Below, in pieces: positions 56,802 through 64,000 of a stretch of 64,000 nucleotides of DNA. The notes under the pieces are model-generated. The model was given only the letters and a program-made list of their open reading frames with translations. It did no database searches and was not told where the DNA came from. Each line of letters opens with the position of its first letter. Positions within the stretch are counted from its first letter, which is position 1. Source of the DNA: an uncultured virus (IMG/VR IMGVR_UViG_3300031772_000015) (lineage: Duplodnaviria; Heunggongvirae; Uroviricota; Caudoviricetes); IMG/VR virus record IMGVR_UViG_3300031772_000015; one strand, given 5' to 3'. The translations under genes and the position numbers were made by a program.

Positions 56802-57359
56802 TTACTGTGAGAGTGGAGCCGCCGGAGTATAGATCGGCGTCACGGCCCAACCGTGGCTGGCTTTCCACTCAGCTATCAGGGTTTCACGCGGAACCCAGCG
56901 GTACTTGGAGACATTGTTATTATCCAAAATTGCAGCCCACTTTGCGTCCAGGTGGACAAGAGCGATCATGTGGGCACCCCCCATGACCGTGATTCCGCAA
57001 CCTCGGCGTGTTTGACAGGCCCATTCCAGGAACCTCACGTCTCCATTGATCGTGTATGCGTAACGGATTTTTTCGTGGTCAAACTTGGCGGCCAAATCAT
57101 CCGGCCACTCACCATTCCCCTGCGTCTGCCGCCAGCGATCAGCCGTCTTATAGCGACCTTGCCAGCGAAAGAGTGAGATCATTGTGGCATGGACGCATGA
57201 ACCCTCACCTTGACTCCCGAGCCAATTGCTCTGTCGCATACCAAGAGGCACATTGACTGTGGGATACTCCTTCGTGACCGGACGAGATACCCCGGATAAC
57301 ATCCCGTCGCATCCTATTAAGGACACAAACAGGAAAAAAGCTACAATGAATTTAGACAT
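56802..57359 (-). CDS. Papain-fold (C39-like) cysteine peptidase lipoprotein
   Basis: Lipobox SLIGC; Q...GSCV catalytic Cys, AHMI His and LDNN Asp. Confidence 0.72.
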   Translation of the reverse strand: MSKFIVAFFLFVSLIGCDGMLSGVSRPVTKEYPTVNVPLGMRQSNWLGSQGEGSCVHATMISLFRWQGRYKTADRWRQTQGNGEWPDDLAAKFDHEKIRYAYTINGDVRFLEWACQTRRGCGITVMGGAHMIALVHLDAKWAAILDNNNVSKYRWVPRETLIAEWKASHGWAVTPIYTPAAPLSQ

Positions 57360-57829
57360 GCAAATTCTCCGTAATGTTTCAAGGCAGCTTCGTTATAGGC
57401 TCTTGCGGCAGCCTGTGGATCGTCAAAGTAGCCAAAATATTGTCGGTGGCCATCAACACCTATTTGTGCGACCCATTTATTCACGGTACTGTGCGGATAC
57501 ACACCCTTGTAACCTGACGTATTTGTGTCCGGCTTATTTGAATTCACATTATTCTGTGACCGCGTTGCAACACGCAAGTTACAAAATTGATTGTTCAACC
57601 CATTGCCATCCACATGATCCACGTCCACACCCTGAACATTTAAGCCACGCCGTTCAACAATAAGTCGGTGCATGAAAATATGCCGACGTACTTTACCCGT
57701 TTATTGGATTCGCTCAGCGTAACCCGTTCGTCGGCGACGGTGAAATTGCCATTTCCATTGTGACAAATCTGCATAGTCACAATCATCAACTAACACGGTC
57801 TCGCCACCGACCAATTGGACTGTCTTCAC
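57341..57829 (-). pseudogene. HNH-AP2 homing endonuclease with premature TAA
   Basis: Frame from GTG 57829 (VKTVQL...VLVDDCDY..LSQWKW) continues past TAA at 57701-57703 into MHRLI...DHVDGNGLNN...SGYKGV. Confidence 0.8.
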
Positions 57830-58452
57830 TACTTCAGTCTCCGACGTTTTCGCAAAATCTCATGGTGACGTAAATGTCGAACCAGTCGATTAGGCGACCA
57901 ACGCGAAACATTATCCGTCGCACACAAACCCACGACCGAATATGCCGCCATTACCATTTCGGAACAAAAAATCGAAGTCAAATCCTGCTCTCGCAAAAGA
58001 CCCTCGATCCATGACAAACCAACACCGGCCGAACGAAATGCGCCCATTTCATCGTATGGTGTGTGAAGTGTGTCCAACAAAAACTTATTAAGCCGCACAC
58101 GCTCAAAATCATAGAGTGGCCGGTAAAGTGGATAGTGCCAAACCTTCCCTCGGTATTCCTGTAATCGAGGGCCAATATGAAACGCCTGTGACCCGCGAAA
58201 TGGTTTACCGTTGATTGCACATGGCAAGTCGGATGTTGATTCAGTAGACTCAAAGAGCAAAAGTTCAGGATCGGTTTTACCTGGAAATGTGTACTCTCCA
58301 ACAATCCCGATATGACTCAAACCCCACCACGGCACGCCATACGTCGCAATGTTGATTATCCAACTCAACCAATGGTCGCCCGAGTACCCAACAATGTCAC
58401 CCGGAGCGAGTTGGTCGATGCTTGCGAGTTGTGGGCGGTATCGAAAGATCAT
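57829..58452 (-). CDS. Permuted papain-like NlpC/P60 (YiiX/YaeF-like) hydrolase
   Basis: PGDI, SHIGIV, PYD, FCSEMV and SP; His precedes Cys. Confidence 0.8.
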   Translation of the reverse strand: MIFRYRPQLASIDQLAPGDIVGYSGDHWLSWIINIATYGVPWWGLSHIGIVGEYTFPGKTDPELLLFESTESTSDLPCAINGKPFRGSQAFHIGPRLQEYRGKVWHYPLYRPLYDFERVRLNKFLLDTLHTPYDEMGAFRSAGVGLSWIEGLLREQDLTSIFCSEMVMAAYSVVGLCATDNVSRWSPNRLVRHLRHHEILRKRRRLK

Positions 58453-58612
58453 TCGTCACTCGACTCGATTGAACCAGTGTATTGATGTTGGCAACACGCC
58501 TTTTATCACTCACAGCTTGATCGGATGCCCAACAATCCTCACAACGTCGCTCATTGAACATTGCCGGATGGATGGTACAAATCTCACACCAAACCGGATT
58601 CAATGACATTCT

Positions 58613-59182
58613 TTACTCAATTGGTGCGGACAAAGCGCGGGGTGTTGAAGTCTCAGTGTTGCCCGCGTGTTGAATCGTTGCAATGATGTCAAGAATAATC
58701 GTGTCCACCAACTGTTCGTAATTCGGGACGCCTTCCAACCGATCCACGATGATCTGACAAATTTGTTGACCTAATCGAAGCACGGATTGACGAGCCAAAA
58801 GAGCACCAAGACTTTGCTCGATGGCGTGAGCGGACTTGACGAGGCGTTCAACCGTAATGAAAAGTTGGTTAAGTGAGCCACAAGCATTGAGTAAGTCGGC
58901 GTCTGTTTGGATCAAGTTGAAACGTCGTTCAATCAACATCCGAGCAAGTGCGATCTCGTCCCGGAGTGACTTGACATCCTCGTGTTCAGCAAACTGAGCC
59001 AACCGCGTTCGATCATCAGCCTTGGCGAGAAGATACTGTCGCAGACTACGACTAGGTGCCCGGTCTACCCCTGAATGTAGTACACAAAATTCTGACCCAT
59101 CCGGGGCCACGCACACACATTGCCCGGCACGAGTGCCTGCCTTACAACGCCGGGGGTCAGCTAAGTCGGTAACGTGGTCCAC
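58613..59182 (-). CDS. Probable terminase small subunit
   Basis: RRCKA.TR.GQC...C.LH.G Zn motif and SLRDEIALAR; first gene of the late block. Confidence 0.65.
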   Translation of the reverse strand: MDHVTDLADPRRCKAGTRAGQCVCVAPDGSEFCVLHSGVDRAPSRSLRQYLLAKADDRTRLAQFAEHEDVKSLRDEIALARMLIERRFNLIQTDADLLNACGSLNQLFITVERLVKSAHAIEQSLGALLARQSVLRLGQQICQIIVDRLEGVPNYEQLVDTIILDIIATIQHAGNTETSTPRALSAPIE

Positions 59183-59199
59183 ACATAATCCTCTCTACA

Positions 59200-59232
59200 T
59201 ACAATATCGGCCAAAAGCGTCAAAACCTGCAT
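59200..59232 (-). promoter_or_regulatory. Conserved phage promoter motif, copy 3 (heads the morphogenesis block)
   Basis: ATGCAGGTTTTGACGCTTTTGGCCGATATTGTA, followed by AGAGG RBS. Confidence 0.75.
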
Positions 59233-59316
59233 CGAATCTAGCAAAATCGCGCTGGTTTATACGCCATCCAAGAAATACCCATCTAATGGGTTAAGAGATG
59301 GCAAAAGAAGATGCGT

Positions 59317-59553
59317 TTACACGCACTGAGTATCGCGGTCAAAGCCTTGAACCACGATGATCCGGCCGCCCAACTCAAAGTAAGCGTGCTCGAACTCGTC
59401 CCCGCCGTCAAGACGGCCAAGGGTACTGTGCCCATCCACATGGACACGGGTGCCCAGTGGCAAACGCTTCCGAACGTCCCCACGCGGCACGAAACGAAAG
59501 ATAATCTCAGAATGATCGTCTTTGTAGAAAGCCGAATAGACTCTCACCGGCAT
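59317..59553 (-). CDS. Small hypothetical protein
   Basis: GAGGAG RBS. Confidence 0.5.
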   Translation of the reverse strand: MPVRVYSAFYKDDHSEIIFRFVPRGDVRKRLPLGTRVHVDGHSTLGRLDGGDEFEHAYFELGGRIIVVQGFDRDTQCV

Positions 59554-59848
59554 AACTCCTCGTCCAACTCAGCCTGCCAGCGCCGTACCGCCAACCGATA
59601 TGGGTCCACAGCACTATACCCGCTGGCATAAATCAAGACACCAACGAAAAGAGCCGTCGTCGGGTATCCAGCACACCACACCAACAACGCGATGCTCGCG
59701 GCCACAATACGGCAACCTAACCGCCATCGGTCATGGCGTTCCTGTGTCTCCAAATCCATCCGTTGACGCAGGTAACGGCGCAAATCCTGAACCCGTTTCA
59801 CGCCTTGCAGATTATTGTGGCGGGCTACCGCATCTCGTATCGTATCCA

Positions 59849-60169
59849 TTATGGTGCTCTCAGTGAAGGTTGAAGTCTCGTGGTTGTCCCATCCTTGTGC
59901 CGCACAAAGTTGTATACCATGCACGCATAATGCCCATTGACATCACGCGGGCCGTCAAATGGGTCCGGCCGCCGCGCCCGCATAGCATTGTCACGTTGCA
60001 ACCGCTCAATTCGCGTCAGCCACTCGGGCTTGAACCCAAAGGTCGCCACGGTACTGATGTCAATTCCCTGCGCCTGCACCGCCGCCCACAGGTCCAACTC
60101 GGCAAGCAACTTCGCTTGTTCGGCCCGTTTCGCTTTGATTGACTCAAGTAGTTCTTGGGCGGGTGTCAT
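59849..60169 (-). CDS. Hypothetical protein
   Basis: ORF downstream of the tRNA-like element. Confidence 0.5.
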   Translation of the reverse strand: MTPAQELLESIKAKRAEQAKLLAELDLWAAVQAQGIDISTVATFGFKPEWLTRIERLQRDNAMRARRPDPFDGPRDVNGHYACMVYNFVRHKDGTTTRLQPSLRAP

Positions 60170-60185
60170 TGGTTTCTTTCAAGAA

Positions 60186-60257
60186 AGGGGTCAGGTGAGA
60201 CTCGAACTCACACTGGACTGCATTGTCTGCGCGCCTCTACATTGGGCTACTGACCCC
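60186..60257 (-). tRNA. tRNA-like element with aberrant anticodon arm (pseudo-tRNA, Leu-like D arm)
   Basis: Acceptor GGGTCAG/CTGACCC, D arm TAGCCCAATGTAGAGGC and T arm GTGAG-TTCGAGT-CTCAC are intact. The anticodon arm is only GCA-GACAA-TGC. Confidence 0.65.
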
Positions 60258-60753
60258 GTGAACGTTTAGTTCCTAAAAGTCCGTTACTCCGACGATTCTT
60301 ATTTGATTGTGAACGTGTCGCCCACCGACAATTTGATGGTTTGTAATCCCCGTCATTATTGATGTGATCCAACAGGAATTTGCTTTCCACGTATCCATTA
60401 GCCATCGCCCATTGATAAAATGACACGAAATCCCACCACACTTTAGCGACCCTTATTCCACGGCCGCCATAATCCTTAAACTGCTTAAAGTTTGGATTAT
60501 AGCAACGTGTGAACATATCTTGCCAAAGTCGATACAACTTTGTGTGCGACCGACCATGTGTACGAGTTGTCTTACCCAATCGTCGGCACGCCAAACCGCC
60601 ACATGAAACAATCTTCCCACACCGCAAGTCACTTGCCCACACGTCTTTAACCACACCACACGCACACCGAACTTTCACTTTATAGTGAACACCTGGAACC
60701 CAATAGGGTTTAGCAAGCACGGTCAAACGTCCAAACTGGTCGCCTTGCGTCAC
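60247..60753 (-). CDS. HNH homing endonuclease
   Basis: FGRLTV, C.CG, W..M..RC, YGGRGI.V and DHINNDGDYKPSNCRWAT. Confidence 0.88.
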   Translation of the reverse strand: MTQGDQFGRLTVLAKPYWVPGVHYKVKVRCACGVVKDVWASDLRCGKIVSCGGLACRRLGKTTRTHGRSHTKLYRLWQDMFTRCYNPNFKQFKDYGGRGIRVAKVWWDFVSFYQWAMANGYVESKFLLDHINNDGDYKPSNCRWATRSQSNKNRRSNGLLGTKRSRGQ

Positions 60754-62165
60754 AATGCAATCTCCACCACCATCCGCAGTAAAAAGTCTTGAAAATCCCG
60801 ACTACAATCTGTCGCTTTTGTACACCAATGCACACACTCTTCAAGGGCCGTCTTCACCAGCGTCTTGCTCATGCCGCTCGCGTGGTCGTCCGCCAGGTAG
60901 ACTCCTGTGCTGTCACAGAACCCAAACACTCGGCTGCCTGCATCCATAATATCTCGGAAACAACCCACCGGCGGTTTCGTTTTGCCGTTTGTCAGATTCA
61001 AACCTTCCAACCAGCCCCACGCCATGTCAACGGCGTGCTGAGCATAGTCGGTCGCGGGCAGAATCTCGCGGCCCTTCTGTTCGTTCTCAGAGAGAAGGCG
61101 CTTGGCAGTCGGCAACTCGAAGCGTTCAGCGACCTCAGCCCAACCAGGGGCCTTGACCACAGCGGCCGGGCGTCCCTTGCGTTGCACGAAGTCAATCTGC
61201 CCCACATCACGCACCAGTACGGCGTCCCCAGCCGTTACCTGCCAGGCTTGCTGCCAGGCTTTCTTCTGTTCGGGTTTCGGTGTCTGCCACGACGGGCAGA
61301 TGTAGTAAGGGTCCAACTCAGCCTCGAACGTCTCTTCACCATCCGTCAGACTCTTGAAAACGGCCGCCAAGAGACCCGAATCAGCCCCGGCCATGAGTCG
61401 GGAACAAGCCGCCTTGACCTCGTACTCACTACTGTTGCGACTCTCGTCGATGTGCAACTCTGACGCCCGGAAATTGTAGTCGAACAAAGATCGCTTCTTG
61501 CACTCGCCAACCTCGCGCACCAAGACGCCCTCGCGGTAGATCATCGCTGTCTGACCGTCCCCGATATTACGGTTGGTCTTCGGCAGAATCGACTTCTTGA
61601 CTTGCGAAGGATCAGACGAAAAATGCAAGAACCGCCGAGGCAGTTCACCATAATAGCGTTGCACGTCTTCATTGACTTGCACGTAGACTCGCGTGTAGCC
61701 GTCGCGTGCCCGTGGTTCATCAACCAAGGACACTCGCAAATCCTCACTCAATATGGCTGGTCCGATGTCGCCCTTCTCGCGGATCGTTCGGTCGATGGCG
61801 TTGCTGACAAACTCCCGCAAGGCCATCGCCAGGTTCGTCCAGTCGAGTGCCCCAAAGTCCAAGACCCAACCAGTATCAACCGTCCGGGTACTGGTGCCAC
61901 CCAGCTTACAGTACACTCGTTTGATCGGCGTCTTCACCAGGCCATCGTCAATCACTTCATCGCGCGTCTGGAAGTCCAACTTCGTCTTACCGCAGTAAAT
62001 CGTCACCGTCAACCCAGCCCGAAGCAACGTGTTGATGGCGTGCTTCGCCCCGCTGCCGAATTGTCCGATTGTACCGGATACTCCACAGTCACGGGTTGTG
62101 CTAACACCCAGTAATATGAAACCCTCGACACACGCAATCCCAGGATTTTGGACCATCAGATACAT
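60750..62165 (-). CDS. GHKL-family ATPase with rearranged motif order
   Basis: TIGQFGSG (G2 box), LREFVSNAID (N box) and GYTRVYV (G3-like); C-terminal LEECVH. Confidence 0.7.
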   Translation of the reverse strand: MYLMVQNPGIACVEGFILLGVSTTRDCGVSGTIGQFGSGAKHAINTLLRAGLTVTIYCGKTKLDFQTRDEVIDDGLVKTPIKRVYCKLGGTSTRTVDTGWVLDFGALDWTNLAMALREFVSNAIDRTIREKGDIGPAILSEDLRVSLVDEPRARDGYTRVYVQVNEDVQRYYGELPRRFLHFSSDPSQVKKSILPKTNRNIGDGQTAMIYREGVLVREVGECKKRSLFDYNFRASELHIDESRNSSEYEVKAACSRLMAGADSGLLAAVFKSLTDGEETFEAELDPYYICPSWQTPKPEQKKAWQQAWQVTAGDAVLVRDVGQIDFVQRKGRPAAVVKAPGWAEVAERFELPTAKRLLSENEQKGREILPATDYAQHAVDMAWGWLEGLNLTNGKTKPPVGCFRDIMDAGSRVFGFCDSTGVYLADDHASGMSKTLVKTALEECVHWCTKATDCSRDFQDFLLRMVVEIAL

Positions 62166-62223
62166 CGTTTGTTCTCCGGTTTGTTCTTGAACCTACTCAA
62201 TCATACCATGTGTTTCGGAGAAG

Positions 62224-62520
62224 TCAAATCAATTTTGCCCCGCACCCAGGGCAATCCGTAATCAGGCCAGGATTCCGATGCCACGGATGATCGCACTCCA
62301 CCGGCCGCTTTGCCCACTGGGCAAAAGACGAGAGGTAGAGGGTGTACTGTTTCCCCTTCTGCTCGAAAAGGACGCCCGGTTCATCCGGCGGTTTGGTCCC
62401 CCACGCCCCGAGCCAATGCGGCGGCCGATGCTCGTCACCAATCGCCAGAACGGTGCGCTGCGTGCGCCCGGCCCCACGATTCACGTATGTCACGCCAACT
62501 TGAATTTCAACTGGACTCAT
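62224..62520 (-). CDS. Hypothetical protein
   Basis: GGAG RBS; ATGA overlap; C-terminal C.H...CPGC. Confidence 0.55.
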   Translation of the reverse strand: MSPVEIQVGVTYVNRGAGRTQRTVLAIGDEHRPPHWLGAWGTKPPDEPGVLFEQKGKQYTLYLSSFAQWAKRPVECDHPWHRNPGLITDCPGCGAKLI

Positions 62521-62720
62521 TGTTTCTCCCGTGGCGGGTCCACTGTAAAGTAACCCGGTTCGTCATAATGTTCATAAAACCGCTCCATGCCGTGCATGTC
62601 ATCTTCTGCGTCCGCCTTCGTGCCGTAAGGACCACAACCTTCGGGGTCCATCTCAGGCACACCGAGTATCCACCACTCACCGTCTCGCTTCTTGCAGCGC
62701 ATCTTAGGCACGTCAGCCAT
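62517..62720 (-). CDS. Small hypothetical protein
   Basis: GPY.TK.DAE motif; GGAG RBS. Confidence 0.6.
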   Translation of the reverse strand: MADVPKMRCKKRDGEWWILGVPEMDPEGCGPYGTKADAEDDMHGMERFYEHYDEPGYFTVDPPREKQ

Positions 62721-63606
62721 TTAGAAACTCCGTTACATCATCCCATCGTTTTGACACCTTCTCCAATTGATCGCGTCCGAGTTGTTGTCGGGCGACTGCC
62801 GCCTCCCACAGATCAGTGTCGATCAAGTCGTCAATGTTGTCCTGAATCAAGGCAACAATGACGCGCGGTTCCAAAGCATCCAACTCGAACGACTCGTCAC
62901 CATACAACGCCCGGTATCCCTCGTAGCGGGAGTCCGTGACTTTGGCAGGATTCGGTGGCAAATTCTCAATCTGATCGAAGTTCAACGCAATGCGTCTGAC
63001 AGAGACCGTCGAACCAAACAGATTCAAGCGATCCTGGATGTCGCGCGACATGTCGATACCACTTGGGTCGTGGTCGCCAAGATGAATGATGATCGTCCGT
63101 TTGCCCGCCTCTTCGCGCCCAATCAGGCGTTGAGATGCTCCCCACATCTCACTCTGGCTCACATATCCACGACAAGAAAAGTATGGTACATCCATCTGAG
63201 TACAGACGCCTTCAATCACACCGATCAAAGCGTCCTTCTCAATGAAAACTTCCACATAATTTTCTTGACCGGCCCACAAATCCTCGGTGTACTGATTCGC
63301 ACAAGCACGTATGATGTTGCGTGGACTGGACCAATGTGACAAACCACGTAAGTTCCGTGTGCGGTCTTCAATCGCATCCCAGTCAATCAAACCCGCCAAA
63401 CGACCATCGTTGATGATCTCACCAAGACCCTTGTACGATTGCACGGTGTTGGGAATCAAGTCTCTCGAAACAAATTGGTAAAAAAGTTGGCGTAAAGTCA
63501 ACTTGAATCCTTGTGCCTGGTACTCAACAATAATCTTGTTGGCTTGAGCGATGCGTTCCAACGCGACCGCACGAAACGACTTCGGAACATAACAAATCTT
63601 AGTCAT
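62713..63606 (-). CDS. Topo VI-A/Spo11-like winged-helix + TOPRIM protein
   Basis: TLRQLFYQ (catalytic Tyr region), EVFIEKDAL, GDHDPSG and ELDAL. Confidence 0.8.
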   Translation of the reverse strand: MTKICYVPKSFRAVALERIAQANKIIVEYQAQGFKLTLRQLFYQFVSRDLIPNTVQSYKGLGEIINDGRLAGLIDWDAIEDRTRNLRGLSHWSSPRNIIRACANQYTEDLWAGQENYVEVFIEKDALIGVIEGVCTQMDVPYFSCRGYVSQSEMWGASQRLIGREEAGKRTIIIHLGDHDPSGIDMSRDIQDRLNLFGSTVSVRRIALNFDQIENLPPNPAKVTDSRYEGYRALYGDESFELDALEPRVIVALIQDNIDDLIDTDLWEAAVARQQLGRDQLEKVSKRWDDVTEFLNG

Positions 63607-64000
63607 TGATGAACTCCCAAGTAAACCCCTTACATTGTTTCAGGCGGCCATGAAGTACGTGAGTGATATTCTGCGGACAAGCGCCTATGTCTCTTGCTGC
63701 TTCATCAATGCTATCATACTCCTTCCCGTCCGAACGGCGGACGGGTTTATTTATACCCGTCCCATCTCGACGACAATCACGCATATTCTGTGAATGTGTC
63801 CCATAGGAAAGATTCCGCAAATGGTTATCACCCTGCCCTTGCGGCCCGTGGCAAACCTCTTTACCTATTGGTTTCAAGCCTACAAACGCCGAAAGTACCA
63901 AATCGTGAACATACCGTGTGCGCCGTTGTTTGCCTCGCCACAAATTGACCACAGCATAATCCCGACGCGACCCAGCCATTCGTTGACGTAAAATGCGTCC
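63599..64000 (-). CDS. HNH homing endonuclease (NUMOD4-HNH-NUMOD1 type), probably cut by the window edge
   Basis: YVHDLVL.AFVG, VCH...DN.L.NL.YGT.SQN and Y.SI.EAAR. Confidence 0.85.
   Translation of the reverse strand, partial: GRILRQRMAGSRRDYAVVNLWRGKQRRTRYVHDLVLSAFVGLKPIGKEVCHGPQGQGDNHLRNLSYGTHSQNMRDCRRDGTGINKPVRRSDGKEYDSIDEAARDIGACPQNITHVLHGRLKQCKGFTWEFIND

Noticed and set aside
8233..57703. Stop-codon reassignment (internal TAG at 8233 and TAA at 57701)
   Set aside because: The two cases involve different codons, many tightly packed genes end normally at TAG or TAA, and no suppressor tRNA is seen.

Overview
This window is an internal 64 kb segment of a large tailed (siphovirus-like) bacteriophage or prophage. 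It is gene-dense and mostly on the minus strand. The host is unknown. Blocks from left to right: (1) 1-14.6 kb, minus strand: accessory and DNA-metabolism genes, including tRNA-Met, tRNA-Tyr, a compact tmRNA, two DNA methyltransferases, an SNF2 helicase, a secreted trypsin-like protease, a glycosyltransferase-methyltransferase fusion and a ParB-like protein. (2) 14.7-21.5 kb, plus strand: primase/helicase, DUF5664-like nucleotide hydrolase, DEDDh exonuclease and Cys-rich proteins. (3) 21.5-59.2 kb, minus strand: the virion morphogenesis block, from TerS, TerL and portal through scaffold, capsid, tail, tape measure and fibres. (4) 59.3-64 kb: a tRNA-like element, a GHKL ATPase and a Topo VI-A/Spo11-like TOPRIM protein. 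About nine homing-endonuclease genes or remnants are scattered through the window. The most notable observations are: an HNH endonuclease encoded entirely in an alternative frame inside a still-open DNA methyltransferase gene with no intron or intein signature; a group I intron in the major capsid gene; an apparent plug-and-socket chain of four fibre proteins; an N-terminal motif shared by scaffold and capsid; three copies of a sigma28-like promoter; an envelope protease/thioredoxin cassette between the terminase genes; a GHKL ATPase with rearranged motif order; and an unidentified pseudoknotted RNA abutting the tmRNA. All product calls come from motif recognition by eye. No database searches were run.
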